From NCBI GenBank assembly GCA_949031345.1, contig CARNVA010000004.1, forward strand, positions 468 to 64,467: a DNA stretch of 64,000 nucleotides, written 5' to 3'. Under the pieces are notes generated by a model. The model saw nothing but the letters and a program-made list of their open reading frames with translations. It ran no database searches and had not been told where the DNA came from. The DNA is from an uncultured Eubacteriales bacterium. Its GTDB lineage: Bacteria; Bacillota; Clostridia; Christensenellales; UBA1242. Below, in pieces: positions 26,282-37,049 of this stretch (position 1 is its first letter; each line of letters starts with the position of its first letter). The position numbers and the translations under genes were made by a program.

Positions 26282-27172
26282 CTACCTTTTCATTCTTCTT
26301 GTCGCCTTTTTCTTTTTATCCAAAATGGCTGTAGCAATAATTACGACCACCATTACACAAAGCGGAATGACAAGCGCAATAAAATACCACCAACCGCCAT
26401 TTACTATTCTTAGTCTTAGTTTAAGCGTATCTGCAGAAGATAGTTTATCAAGTTTCCATGAATGGTGAAACAGGTTATCTTCGCCATAATATACATTTTG
26501 ACAGTTTGAATAAGCATGGGCGTTTCCTGTGATAACCTCAAACAACAAAATTGGCTTATAATCACTTATCAATTTGCTTTCAAATTCAAGACCTTGACAA
26601 GCGGTGAAAATGGCATTCAAATATGCCGATTTTCTGCTTACTGGAAACACCTCTCGCGAATAAAAGCAATCTGCCGAAATGTCCAGTTTTGCCATTGAAA
26701 CAAATGCCTTTTCGTCTATTTGATAATTTATATCTTTATAATATTTTCTGTAAGTCTCAAACGAATTAAAGGTCAGTCCATAGCTTATTTTATTCTCAGC
26801 AAAATCAACTTTCAGCTCAGAAAACTTGACATTTTCTTCTGTCAAATCTTGCTCAGTTGAAAGGTCTGTAATAAATTGTTTTTCTTGGTCTAAAACTTTC
26901 TTAAACTCTTCATTGAGTGCATTTTCAAAAACTTTAACCTGAGCTTGGTCGTTTGTATAAGTATAAAGGTCAATACTAATTATATAACCCACTTCAAACT
27001 TATCATCCTCTTTAAAACGGGCATAAGAAACAAAATAATTGAATTTGTTTTCCCTTATTAAATTTTCACCATCTGAGACAAAAGAATTTCCTGCAAAGGC
27101 AAAAAGAGAAACTAAAAGAAAAAGCAGTGCAACAAGTATTCCTCTTTTAACATAAGTTTTGCTCATCTTCAT
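26282..27172 (-). CDS. Hypothetical membrane-anchored protein
   Basis: 296-aa ORF with an N-terminal signal/anchor and a C-terminal TM followed by a basic tail (KKKKATRRMKR). Confidence 0.5.
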   Translation of the reverse strand: MKMSKTYVKRGILVALLFLLVSLFAFAGNSFVSDGENLIRENKFNYFVSYARFKEDDKFEVGYIISIDLYTYTNDQAQVKVFENALNEEFKKVLDQEKQFITDLSTEQDLTEENVKFSELKVDFAENKISYGLTFNSFETYRKYYKDINYQIDEKAFVSMAKLDISADCFYSREVFPVSRKSAYLNAIFTACQGLEFESKLISDYKPILLFEVITGNAHAYSNCQNVYYGEDNLFHHSWKLDKLSSADTLKLRLRIVNGGWWYFIALVIPLCVMVVVIIATAILDKKKKATRRMKR

Positions 27173-27182
27173 CTCCTAAATA

Positions 27183-27932
27183 TCAATTTTTAACATCTTT
27201 CACAAGTTGGCTGAAATTTATAGGGTCAAGACAAGCCCCTCCTACAAGCAAGCCGCTAAGCTCTTTTATCTTTGAAATTGAAGCGCAGTTTTTATTATCA
27301 ACGCTTCCGCCATAGACAATTTCAATCTTCTCAGCTGCCTTTTTAGAGAAATCATTTTCAACAACTTTTCTTATTATTTTTGCGCACCCTTCAATCTCTT
27401 TAACTGTTGGCACCTTTCCACTGCCAATCGCCCAAATAGGCTCATAGGCAATGATAATGTTGTCAAGCTCATTTTCATAAAGCCCTTTCAGCCCATCTTC
27501 AAGTTGGACTTTCAAAACTTCAGCCGTCTTTTGAAGATTTTTTTCTGTCAAACTTTCACCAATGCAAAAGATGACTTTCAGTCTGTTTTTGAGGGCAATT
27601 TTAATTTTTTTGTTGATACATTTGCCATTTTCTTTAAATTTCGCTCTTCTTTCACTGTGCCCTAAAATGACATAGTCAGCACCGCAGTCTTTCAACATAA
27701 CGCCACTGATTTCGCCAGTATTTTTACCAGCTTCCTCATCAGAGACATTTTGACCACCAAGCTTGACAGCGCTTCCCTCTAAAAGATACTTCGCCATAAA
27801 GAGCGAAACTGAAGGCAGACATAATACAATTTCCGCCTTTCCTTCATCAACACGGGAAAGAAACTTCATGATATAATCTTTTGTCTCGGTGACAGTTTTG
27901 TTCATTTTGAAATTTCCAATTACTTTTTTCAT
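27183..27932 (-). CDS. tpiA: Triosephosphate isomerase
   Basis: GNFKMNK, ILGHSERR, YEPIWAIGSG and GGSV motifs. It lies downstream of pgk. Confidence 0.9.
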   Translation of the reverse strand: MKKVIGNFKMNKTVTETKDYIMKFLSRVDEGKAEIVLCLPSVSLFMAKYLLEGSAVKLGGQNVSDEEAGKNTGEISGVMLKDCGADYVILGHSERRAKFKENGKCINKKIKIALKNRLKVIFCIGESLTEKNLQKTAEVLKVQLEDGLKGLYENELDNIIIAYEPIWAIGSGKVPTVKEIEGCAKIIRKVVENDFSKKAAEKIEIVYGGSVDNKNCASISKIKELSGLLVGGACLDPINFSQLVKDVKN

Positions 27933-27967
27933 TCAAAACTCCTTATTTTGAGGCTTTTAGCGCCTAA

Positions 27968-29149
27968 TTATCTTATTTTTTCCTGTATTACTTCAATGCA
28001 AGGCAGAGTGCCATTCTCGAGAAATTCCATGCTCGCCCCACCGCCAGTAGATATAAAGTTGATTTTATCAGCAACTCCAAAAGAATTTACAGCACTCACT
28101 GTATCTCCGCCACCAACAATACTGTAAGCATTTGATGACGCTATTGCATCAGCAACGCCCTTTGTTCCGGCAGCAAACTGAGGCTTTTCGAACATTCCCA
28201 TTGGGCCATTCCAGAAAATCTGGCTGGCATTTTCAATTTCTTCTTTAAACAGTTTTACAGTTTCCTCACCGATATCATAGCCCATCAAATCACCCTTCAA
28301 TGTCTGCACCTTAACAACGGCCGCCTTTCTGTCACTTACACTTACGCCCACATGGTCAATTGGAAGAAGAATTTTCTTGCCTCGCTCTTCAGCTTTGGCA
28401 AGCACCTCTTTTGCGTAGTCAATACAGTCATTTTGAACAAGGCTCATTCCCACCATATCCCCCTTTGCAAGAAGGAAGGTGTAAGCCATAGCACCGCCGA
28501 TAATGATGGTATCAGCAATTTCAAGGAATTTTTCAATAATTTTAATTTTTGTATCCACTTTTGCTCCGCCAAGCACAGCAACAAAAGGTCTTTTTGGCTC
28601 AAGCATTGCATCAGATAAATTTTCGATTTCCTTTTCCATTAAAAGCCCAATAGCATTTGGAAGTATTCTTGCAAGTGCATAAGTAGAAGCGTTTTTGCGG
28701 TGTGCAGTGCCAAATGCGTCGTTTACAAAAATGTCACCATAGGAAGCCAACTCTTTTGCAAAGTCCATATCGCATGCGTCTTCACCCTTATAGAAACGAA
28801 TATTTTCAAGAAGCAACACATTTCCTTCTTTCAGATAAGAAATGCGTTCCTTGACCTCCTCACCAATTGCTGCATTGCAAAAATCAACATTGCAAGGCAG
28901 TTTTCTCATAAGAGACATTGCAATAGGCCAAAGTGACTTATGAATTTCAAACCCCTTTGGTCTGCCAAGATGAGAAAGCACAACCACCCTTGCTTTCTGT
29001 TCTATCAGATATTTAATCGTAGGAATTGCATTGACAATTCTTGTCTCATCCAAAATTCTTCCTGTTTCATCCATAGGCACATTGAAGTCAACTCTAAGCA
29101 GCACAACCTTTCCTTTAAGTCCAACCAAATCTTTAATCGTTCTTTTCAT
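27968..29149 (-). CDS. pgk: Phosphoglycerate kinase
   Basis: RVDFNVP, SHLGRPKG, FVNDAFGTAHR, WNGPMGMFE and STGGGASMEF motifs. Confidence 0.92.
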   Translation of the reverse strand: MKRTIKDLVGLKGKVVLLRVDFNVPMDETGRILDETRIVNAIPTIKYLIEQKARVVVLSHLGRPKGFEIHKSLWPIAMSLMRKLPCNVDFCNAAIGEEVKERISYLKEGNVLLLENIRFYKGEDACDMDFAKELASYGDIFVNDAFGTAHRKNASTYALARILPNAIGLLMEKEIENLSDAMLEPKRPFVAVLGGAKVDTKIKIIEKFLEIADTIIIGGAMAYTFLLAKGDMVGMSLVQNDCIDYAKEVLAKAEERGKKILLPIDHVGVSVSDRKAAVVKVQTLKGDLMGYDIGEETVKLFKEEIENASQIFWNGPMGMFEKPQFAAGTKGVADAIASSNAYSIVGGGDTVSAVNSFGVADKINFISTGGGASMEFLENGTLPCIEVIQEKIR

Positions 29150-29253
29150 AATAAACTCCTTTTTTTCTTTTATTATTTTGATTTTGATTTTTATTATTTA
29201 ATTTAATTTCTATTTAGATTGAATTAACAAAATCACTTTACACTTATTAAAAC

Positions 29254-30183
29254 TCACCTTGCATTCAATGATTTCAAACTGTTTTCAATAATCTTTATTG
29301 ACTTGTCAATCGAAGGGCTTGTCGCCACCTCGATTCGCTCATCACTTTTTAAAAATGAGCCATACCACAAAAGATGTTTTCGCATGTATTTAACAATGAA
29401 GTCTTCATCATAATATTTTCTCAACAACTCAATATGTCGCCTTATCACCCACATTAAGTCACAACAAACATCAAGTTTCTTAAGCTGACTGAAAATGAAT
29501 GGATTGCCTTGCGCGCCTCTGCCAATCATCACACCGTCAACACCAGTTTCAAGCATTTTTTGATAGCTTTTTTCATCTCGAACATCACCATTTCCAACAA
29601 CTGGTATTTTTAGCGCACTTTTAAGCCTTGCGATTGCTTCATAATCTGCCTGACCGCTGTATCCCTGCTCAGCTGTTCGAGCATGAAGAGTGACAAATCT
29701 CGCCCCACTTTCTTCACACATTCTCCCTATTTCAAGACTGTTGTCACTGCTTGTGCCCAGTCTGATTTTAACTGAAACTGGCTTTTTGCTTGCCTTTACA
29801 CACTCTGAAATAATTTTGCTTGCAAGCGGAAGGTCTTTAAGAAGCGCTGACCCCTCTCCATTTTTGACTATTTTAGGAGCAGGACACCCCATGTTGATAT
29901 CTATTATTTGATAATGGTCAAGCAAAGGATTCTGAATAGCCTCTGCCATAACCTCTGGCTCATGCCCAAAAATTTGTCCAATTTTCACCTTCTCATTTGG
30001 TGAATATATCGTCATAAACGCGGTTTTCTTTGGGTTGTGTTTCATAGCCCTTGCTGACAACATTTCACTGTAAGTTGCATCCGCTCCTAAAACCGAGCAA
30101 ACATCCCTAAAGCCAACATCACTTACACCGGCCATAGGCGCAAGAATTAAGTTTCCACCAAAATCAATATCTTCAATTTTCAT
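29254..30183 (-). CDS. tRNA-dihydrouridine synthase
   Basis: LAPMAGVSDVGFR, DINMGCP and VKIRLG motifs of the Dus family. Confidence 0.8.
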   Translation of the reverse strand: MKIEDIDFGGNLILAPMAGVSDVGFRDVCSVLGADATYSEMLSARAMKHNPKKTAFMTIYSPNEKVKIGQIFGHEPEVMAEAIQNPLLDHYQIIDINMGCPAPKIVKNGEGSALLKDLPLASKIISECVKASKKPVSVKIRLGTSSDNSLEIGRMCEESGARFVTLHARTAEQGYSGQADYEAIARLKSALKIPVVGNGDVRDEKSYQKMLETGVDGVMIGRGAQGNPFIFSQLKKLDVCCDLMWVIRRHIELLRKYYDEDFIVKYMRKHLLWYGSFLKSDERIEVATSPSIDKSIKIIENSLKSLNAR

Positions 30184-30343
30184 GGTTATATTTTAACATT
30201 TCCCTCTCAAATAAGCAAATTTTTAAAAGCACTTTTTTGTAATTTGACACCTCTTTTTTTCATCACATTTATAAGCCGACAATTTAATTCAAATAAGCAC
30301 AAATAATTTTATCTGAAACAAATGCCTAGGGCGCCATTTAAAG

Positions 30344-30372
30344 TTGACAAAATAAGGCTTAAATAATATACT
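30344..30372 (+). promoter_or_regulatory. Candidate sigma-A promoter of fhs
   Basis: TTGACA-N17-TATACT, ~30 nt upstream of GAGGTGAAAATG. Confidence 0.45.
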
Positions 30373-30401
30373 TAAATTACAAAAAAACTTAAGTTTGCGA
30401 G

Positions 30402-32006
30402 GTGAAAATGCATAAAATAATCGATATAGCAAGAAAAATTGGCTTAAATGAAGATGATATTGAATTATATGGCAAATATATAGCAAAAATTGACAGAGCC
30501 GACCTTTACAAACAAAACTCAAAAGGCAAACTAATTTTGGTAAGCGCAATGACACCGACCACCTCAGGAGAAGGCAAAACCACCGTTTCCATCGGACTTT
30601 GCGACGCTTTAAACTTGCTTGAAAGCAAAGCTGTGCTTTCATTAAGAGAGCCATCTCTTGGCCCAGTATTTGGCATGAAAGGAGGCGCAACAGGGGGCGG
30701 AAAGGCAGTAATTGAGCCAAGCAACGAAATAAACCTGCATTTTACTGGCGATATGCATGCAATAACAAGTGCGAACAACTTGCTCTGCGCCATGCTGGAC
30801 AACTCCATCTTTCATGGCAACCCGTTGAATATCGACCAAAATCAAATATTTTTCAAACGCTGCATGGACATGAATGACCGCAGCCTACGCGAAATTGAAA
30901 TTTCTCTTGAGCCTCTCAAAAATCAAACTCCTCGCAAAGATGGTTTTGTTATCACCGCAGCAAGCGAAATCATGGCGCTACTTTGCCTTGCTAAAGACTT
31001 TCAAGATTTAAAAGACAGACTGGGAAAAATTATCGTTGCACTTTCAAAAGATGGGAAGCCTGTTTACGCAAAAGACTTAAACGCAACCGACTCAATGGCA
31101 GCCCTTCTTGTACAAGCTATCAAGCCGAATCTCGTTCAGACTGGCGAAGGCAACCCAGCAATTGTTCATGGTGGTCCTTTTGCAAATATTGCACATGGCT
31201 GCAGCTCTGTCATAGCCACCAAAACAGCCCTTTCTTTAGGCGACTTTGTCATAACTGAAGGCGGCTTTGGTGCCGACCTTGGCGGTGAAAAATTTATGGA
31301 TATCGTATGCCGACAAAACCAGCTTAACCCTGCCCTTGTTGTGCTTGTCGCAACAGTAAAAGCAATCAAAGCCCACTCTGAAAAGGGCGAGCTTGAAGAT
31401 GGTATTGAAAATCTTAAAAAACATATTGAAAATTTTCAAACTGTGTTCAATCAACGAGTACTTGTTGCAATCAATCGCTTCAATGATGACAGCGAAGACG
31501 ATTTAAATAAAGTGAAAATGTTATGTCAACAAATGGGAGTAGACGCCGAAATTTGCAATCAGTTTGCTGAAGGCGGCAAAGGTGCTTTGAAACTGGCAAA
31601 AAAAGCAAAAGAGCTGGCCTCTCTTCCAATAAAAAAGCCAAACTTTCCTTATGCGCTTAATGAAAATCTGACCCAAAAAATTGAAAAGCTGGCACAAAAA
31701 ATCTATGGTGCAGACAAAGTGGAATATTCAAGTTTCGCAAACGAGGAAATAAAAAATATCGAAAAACTTTGCCAAAATATGCCAATTGTGGTGGCAAAAA
31801 CACAATATTCTCTTTCAGACGACCCAAAACTTATCGGAGCACCTCAAAATACCACCCTTCATGTCAGCGGTGTAGAGCTTAAAAACGGAAGCGGCTTTGT
31901 CGTTGTCAAAACAGGCAAAATGACACTTATGCCAGGGCTTAACAAAGAGCCAAACGCTTTCAAAATCAAAGTGGATGAAGATATGAAAATATACAATCTT
32001 AAATAA
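30402..32006 (+). CDS. fhs: Formate--tetrahydrofolate ligase
   Basis: IARKIGLNEDDIELYGKY, TPTTSGEGKTTVSIGL and EPSLGPVFGMKGGATGGG are typical of FTHFS. Confidence 0.9.
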   Translation: MKMHKIIDIARKIGLNEDDIELYGKYIAKIDRADLYKQNSKGKLILVSAMTPTTSGEGKTTVSIGLCDALNLLESKAVLSLREPSLGPVFGMKGGATGGGKAVIEPSNEINLHFTGDMHAITSANNLLCAMLDNSIFHGNPLNIDQNQIFFKRCMDMNDRSLREIEISLEPLKNQTPRKDGFVITAASEIMALLCLAKDFQDLKDRLGKIIVALSKDGKPVYAKDLNATDSMAALLVQAIKPNLVQTGEGNPAIVHGGPFANIAHGCSSVIATKTALSLGDFVITEGGFGADLGGEKFMDIVCRQNQLNPALVVLVATVKAIKAHSEKGELEDGIENLKKHIENFQTVFNQRVLVAINRFNDDSEDDLNKVKMLCQQMGVDAEICNQFAEGGKGALKLAKKAKELASLPIKKPNFPYALNENLTQKIEKLAQKIYGADKVEYSSFANEEIKNIEKLCQNMPIVVAKTQYSLSDDPKLIGAPQNTTLHVSGVELKNGSGFVVVKTGKMTLMPGLNKEPNAFKIKVDEDMKIYNLK

Positions 32007-32040
32007 AAATTGTTCATAAAACGATAATTTTTATAACTCG

Positions 32041-33066
32041 CTATTGACCAAGCAAATATTTCAATTTCTTCAAAACATAATATCCTTTGATCATTCCGCC
32101 ATAGGTGTAATCTCCTGACTTCCATTCAACAAACATATACTTTTGATTTTCAATTTCTTTTATTTCATATTCGCTTGCAGTTGAAATATTTTTATCTATT
32201 ACAACACCTTTTGACCAACAGCATTTGCAAATATCTTCAAAAGCATGATATGAAGCAAGAAGGGTTCCATCTGGCTCAAAGGTATATCGTTTTAAAAACA
32301 TATCCTCTTGCCAGTAAGTTTTTTGCGGCTCAAACTGCTCTTTCTTTTCAACGAAATCAACAACATCCCAAAAACCAACCGCTTCTTCATCTAAAATAAA
32401 AGGTATATCGGTGTTGTCTTTTATTCTGATTTCATTTTTTGTATAAATCTTATCATCCACTTTTTCATAGACTGCAAAATTGTCAATCTCGTTTGTCAAA
32501 TAGTCAACAACTCCAACAAACAGCTTTCCGTCAATTATTTCATAAGGCATTTGTCTATCATTGACATAAAGCACCCCTTTAGACCAACTAAGCACCCAGT
32601 ATTGCTGTCCATTTGGCAGAAAATATAACTCTTCAAAAGGAAAATAAACCTCTTTTTCAAATTTATTTTTTGCAAAATCTTCTTTTGTTTTGACAACAGC
32701 CACCTTCTTCCATTTTCCTATAACTGCATCGTCATTTATAAAACTTTTCATTTTTACTCCTCCATTCTCTGCGTGAATAGAAGAAAGTTTATGAATATTT
32801 TCTTTAAGCTTTTTAATCGTCTCTTTTGACTGGACAATCTTCTCTTGTATGCTTTTTTCATTTAAGTCTTTTATTTCATTCAAAGAAAACCCCAATTCTT
32901 TCAGTCTGGCAATTTCGCTCAGTCTCCCCAAACTATTTTCATCATAATAACGATAATTTGTCCAACGGTCGACCATTGCAGGACAAATCAATCCCTTTTC
33001 TTCATAAAATCGAATGGTTTGAATTGAAACGCCAGAAAGTTTTGAAAGCTCGCCAATTTTTATCAT
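32041..33066 (-). CDS. MerR-family transcriptional regulator with a large C-terminal domain
   Basis: MIKIGELSKLSGVSIQTIRFYEEKGLI is a MerR HTH. I chose the start at the ATG at 33066, after AAGGAG. Confidence 0.75.
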   Translation of the reverse strand: MIKIGELSKLSGVSIQTIRFYEEKGLICPAMVDRWTNYRYYDENSLGRLSEIARLKELGFSLNEIKDLNEKSIQEKIVQSKETIKKLKENIHKLSSIHAENGGVKMKSFINDDAVIGKWKKVAVVKTKEDFAKNKFEKEVYFPFEELYFLPNGQQYWVLSWSKGVLYVNDRQMPYEIIDGKLFVGVVDYLTNEIDNFAVYEKVDDKIYTKNEIRIKDNTDIPFILDEEAVGFWDVVDFVEKKEQFEPQKTYWQEDMFLKRYTFEPDGTLLASYHAFEDICKCCWSKGVVIDKNISTASEYEIKEIENQKYMFVEWKSGDYTYGGMIKGYYVLKKLKYLLGQ

Positions 33067-33305
33067 AATTTCTCCTTTCACAACCTTACTTTAACACTAA
33101 AGCAAACTATAGAGTCAATAGTTTTTTTAAAAAAGTTTTATTTTTTTAGCAAAATTATTATATCACAATTTTTTATCATTCAAAAGAGTTTATTTGTCAT
33201 CAAGTGTTTTTCTATAATAAAACAACCCCAAGTATTTAATTTTTCCTTAGGGTTGTTTTTATTAAATATAGAAAATGCAAAATTTTCAAGCCGCTTTGTT
33301 ATTAA

Positions 33306-33956
33306 CTATTTTTTTCTTTTAAAAAAGTTCTTCCAACCTTTTTTAGTAATTTCAATAGCACTTTCTGCCTGCTCTTCCTTCTCATCGTCTTCTTGATTTA
33401 TTTTTATATTTTCAATTGCCAACTGAACAATTTGACTGTTATCTTTTTCCTTTCTTGAAAACATTTCTTTAAATTCAAGCAAAAACCAAGCTAGCCAAAT
33501 TAAAAGCATAGCAACAACATTAGAAATGCCTATGGTCAAAAACTGTTGGAATAATTCATAGTTTACGTTTGAAAATGCATCTGGATAATATTCATTGAAT
33601 GAAGGTATAGTTGCCCTCAATTCTGTCACCAAAACAATAAAAACTACCACAGCTGCTACACATACCAAAGTAAGTACACTAAATCCAACAACTTTTTTCT
33701 TTTTAAACAGCATAGCAAACACAAATGCAGCAACAAAAACAAAAGCAACCACAGTTATTCCAACTATATAACTTGCACTTTTATCAATATAATTTTGACC
33801 ATAATACACAGTACCAATATAATCAGCTCTTATCAAGCCTATATCTTTATAAAGTGTAGCAGCTGCTGAAATTCCTGCAATGATTTGGGTAAAAAGTGAT
33901 ACAAATGCAACAGCAAGTATAGCCAATAAGAATATTCTAATTTCTTTCCTTGTCAT
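33306..33956 (-). CDS. Hypothetical multi-pass membrane protein
   Basis: 216-aa ORF with ~4 hydrophobic segments and an acidic/basic C-terminal tail. Confidence 0.5.
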   Translation of the reverse strand: MTRKEIRIFLLAILAVAFVSLFTQIIAGISAAATLYKDIGLIRADYIGTVYYGQNYIDKSASYIVGITVVAFVFVAAFVFAMLFKKKKVVGFSVLTLVCVAAVVVFIVLVTELRATIPSFNEYYPDAFSNVNYELFQQFLTIGISNVVAMLLIWLAWFLLEFKEMFSRKEKDNSQIVQLAIENIKINQEDDEKEEQAESAIEITKKGWKNFFKRKK

Positions 33957-34016
33957 ATAAGAACCTCCTTTTAAAAATCAAACCGTGTAAGGAATTCCAA
34001 ACACGGCTTTGAATTT

Positions 34017-36641
34017 TTATCTTCTTGGATTTTTAATATTAGCTTGAGCAGCAGCAAGTCTTGCAATAGGCACTCTAAATGGAGAGCAAGATACATAAGT
34101 GAGCCCTGCATTATGGCAGAATTCAACACTTGATGGGTCTCCACCATGTTCACCACAGATTCCAAGTTTGATATCTGGGCGAGCTTTTCTTCCAAGTTCG
34201 CAAGCCATTTTTACAAGTTTACCAACACCATTTTGGTCAAGTCTTGCAAATGGGTCGCTCTCAAAAATCTTCTTAGCATAGTAAACATCAAGGAATTTAC
34301 CAGCATCATCACGGCTGAAACCATAAGACATTTGAGTAAGGTCGTTTGTACCAAATGAGAAGAATTCAGCATATTTTGCCACTTCATCAGCAGTAACAGC
34401 AGCACGAGGAATTTCAATCATTGTACCAATTTTGTAAGAAAGTTCTACACCATTTTCTGCAATAACTTCGTCAGCTTTTGCAGCAACAATATCGCGAACA
34501 TACTTAAACTCTTTTGAGTCACAAGTAAGCGGAATCATGATTTCAGGAACAATCTTGAAGCCCATTTCTTTATTTACATCAATTGCAGCTTCAATGACTG
34601 CTTGAGTTTGCATTTCAGCAATTTCAGGATAAGTTACGGCAAGTCTAAGACCACGGTGACCCATCATTGGGTTGAATTCGTGAAGGTCAGCAACAGTTTG
34701 CTTAAGCTTATCAAATGTGATGCCCATTTCTTCAGCAAGTTCTCTTATCTCAGTGTTTTCATGAGGAAGGAATTCATGAAGAGGTGGATCAAGGAAACGA
34801 ATAGTCACAGGAAGACCTTGCATTGCCTTGTAAATTCCAATAAAGTCTTTTCTTTGCATAGGAAGAAGTTTCGCAAGAGCTTTCTTTCTCTCTTCAACAG
34901 TTGTTGAAACAATCATTTCTCTCACTGCAGGAATTCTGTCAGCTTCAAAGAACATGTGTTCTGTTCTGCAAAGACCAACACCTTGAGCGCCAAAGTTGAA
35001 CGCATTTTTAGCGTCTTTTGGATTGTCGGCGTTTGTTCTTACTTGCATAGCGCGATATTTATCAGCCCATTCCATGATAGTGGCAAATTCGCCAGAAATC
35101 TTAGCAGGCTCAGTAGTGATAAGACCATCATAAACTTTTCCAGTAGAGCCGTCAAATGAGAGTTCATCACCTTCATGATAAACTTTTCCACCAAGAGTGA
35201 AAGAGCTTTCATCTTCAGCAAATTTGATTGCACTGCAACCAGCAACGCAGGCAGTACCCATACCACGAGCAACAACGGCAGCGTGAGAAGTCATACCACC
35301 TCTTGCAGTGAGAACGCCTTGGCTGACAGCCATACCTTCGATATCTTCAGGAGAAGTTTCAAGTCTTACAAGTACAACTTTGTCAGTTTGAGCCATTTCT
35401 TTTGCTCTTTCAGCTGTGAAAGCAATTTTTCCACAAGCAGCACCAGGAGAAGCAGGTAAAGCTTCAGCAATTGGAGTAGCAGCCTTTAAAGCTTTTTCTT
35501 CAAATTGTGGGTGCAAGAGAGCATCAAGCTGTTTTGGATCAAGCATCATAAGAGCTTCTTTTTCAGTAATCATGCCCTCGCTTACGAGGTCAACAGCAAC
35601 TTTTAAAGCAGCTTTTGCAGTACGCTTTCCATTTCTTGTTTGAAGCATATAGAGTTTGCCATTTTCGATTGTAAACTCCATATCTTGCATATCTTTGTTA
35701 TGCTCTTCAAGTTTCTTTGCAATATTTGCAAATTCTTTATATACTTTTGGATTTTGTTTTTCAAGGGTTGAAATAGGCAGTGGTGTTCTAATTCCGGCAA
35801 CAACATCTTCGCCTTGAGCATTCATAAGATATTCTCCGTAAAGAACATTTTCACCAGTTGCAGGGTTTCTAGAGAACGCAACACCTGTACCAGAAGTTTC
35901 GCCCATGTTTCCGAATACCATTGATTGAACATTGACAGCAGTGCCCCATTCGTATGGAATGTCATGCATTCTTCTGTAAACATTAGCTCTGTCATTATCC
36001 CAAGAACGGAATACCGCTCTTACCGCCTCAATAAGTTGCACTCTTGGCTCTTGAGGGAAGTCCTCGCCTTGAGATTGCTTATAAAGGTCTTTAAACATAG
36101 CTACGATTTCTTTAAGGTCGTCAGCTGTGAGGTCTTTGTCAAACTCAACACCCTTTTCTTCCTTAACTTTGTCAAGTATTCTTTCATACTTAGACTTTTC
36201 TTGTTGCATAACAACATCACTGAACATTTGGATAAATCTTCTGTAAGAGTCATAAGCAAATCTAGGATTGTTTGTAAGTTTTGCAAGCCCTTCAACAACT
36301 TCATCATTAAGACCAAGGTTGAGAATAGTATCCATCATACCAGGCATTGAAACTCTTGCACCAGAACGAACAGAAACAAGAAGAGGATTTTTCTTATCTC
36401 CGAAATTTTTTCCAGTCATTTTTTCAAGCTCAGAAAGCTTGTATTCAATTTGTGACATGATAAGGTCATTTATCTTTCTGCCATCCTTGTAATACTGAGT
36501 GCAGGCCTCAGTTGTAATGGTAAAACCCTGTGGAACAGGCATACCAAGATTTGTCATTTCAGCGAGGTTTGCGCCCTTGCCACCAAAGAGAGCCTTATCT
36601 TTTCCATTGGCTTCTTTGAACAGATAAACAAATTGTTTCAT
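34017..36641 (-). CDS. ppdK: Pyruvate, phosphate dikinase
   Basis: 874 aa, with GGKGANLAEM, the phospho-His region GGMTSHAAVVARGMG, and the PEP-utilising C-terminus (FFSFGTNDLTQ). Confidence 0.92.
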   Translation of the reverse strand: MKQFVYLFKEANGKDKALFGGKGANLAEMTNLGMPVPQGFTITTEACTQYYKDGRKINDLIMSQIEYKLSELEKMTGKNFGDKKNPLLVSVRSGARVSMPGMMDTILNLGLNDEVVEGLAKLTNNPRFAYDSYRRFIQMFSDVVMQQEKSKYERILDKVKEEKGVEFDKDLTADDLKEIVAMFKDLYKQSQGEDFPQEPRVQLIEAVRAVFRSWDNDRANVYRRMHDIPYEWGTAVNVQSMVFGNMGETSGTGVAFSRNPATGENVLYGEYLMNAQGEDVVAGIRTPLPISTLEKQNPKVYKEFANIAKKLEEHNKDMQDMEFTIENGKLYMLQTRNGKRTAKAALKVAVDLVSEGMITEKEALMMLDPKQLDALLHPQFEEKALKAATPIAEALPASPGAACGKIAFTAERAKEMAQTDKVVLVRLETSPEDIEGMAVSQGVLTARGGMTSHAAVVARGMGTACVAGCSAIKFAEDESSFTLGGKVYHEGDELSFDGSTGKVYDGLITTEPAKISGEFATIMEWADKYRAMQVRTNADNPKDAKNAFNFGAQGVGLCRTEHMFFEADRIPAVREMIVSTTVEERKKALAKLLPMQRKDFIGIYKAMQGLPVTIRFLDPPLHEFLPHENTEIRELAEEMGITFDKLKQTVADLHEFNPMMGHRGLRLAVTYPEIAEMQTQAVIEAAIDVNKEMGFKIVPEIMIPLTCDSKEFKYVRDIVAAKADEVIAENGVELSYKIGTMIEIPRAAVTADEVAKYAEFFSFGTNDLTQMSYGFSRDDAGKFLDVYYAKKIFESDPFARLDQNGVGKLVKMACELGRKARPDIKLGICGEHGGDPSSVEFCHNAGLTYVSCSPFRVPIARLAAAQANIKNPRR

Positions 36642-36761
36642 ATAGTCTCCTTTTATAATTTCCTCTTAAAGTATAGCTCATTTAAAAAAAATCTCCAAAT
36701 AATTTGGAGCAATTTTTATAATTTTTTATCTTATGTAAAATTTAATCTTCATCAAAAACTT

Positions 36762-37028
36762 TTATGAGCAAGCAGAAACTATCAACCCAATAAACATCAA
36801 AAATACAACAAGCCCAATCATAACGCCAAGCCCGATAAGCCAGCCTTTAATAAAAGTCTTTCGTTCATACTCATATTGTGGCAATGGATATAAAAGCAGG
36901 CCGACAATAAGCCCGATTATTCCAAGCAGAAATAAAAGTATCCCAATTCCAAGTTTTGATTGTCTTTTGAAAGAAAGACCTTTAAAATCTTCCCCATTTT
37001 GCCCATTCTTATCTTCAAAATGTTCCAA
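36762..37028 (-). CDS. Small membrane protein (paralog of 42600-42895)
   Basis: The in-frame TTG at 37026-37028 is preceded by AAGGTGGGAGAAT. The product is (M)EHFEDKNGQNGEDFKGLSFKRQSKLGIGILLFLLGIIGLIVGLLLYP...ERKTFIKGWL... The tracked ORF start (TTG at 37076) is actually the -35 hexamer. Confidence 0.55.
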   Translation of the reverse strand: MEHFEDKNGQNGEDFKGLSFKRQSKLGIGILLFLLGIIGLIVGLLLYPLPQYEYERKTFIKGWLIGLGVMIGLVVFLMFIGLIVSACS

Positions 37029-37049
37029 ATTCTCCCACCTTCCACTTTC

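Noticed and set aside
30289-30845. Minus-strand ORFs (143, 100 and 67 aa) overlapping the fhs 5' region
   Set aside because: They are antisense to a clearly recognisable formate-tetrahydrofolate ligase CDS and have no RBS or family resemblance.
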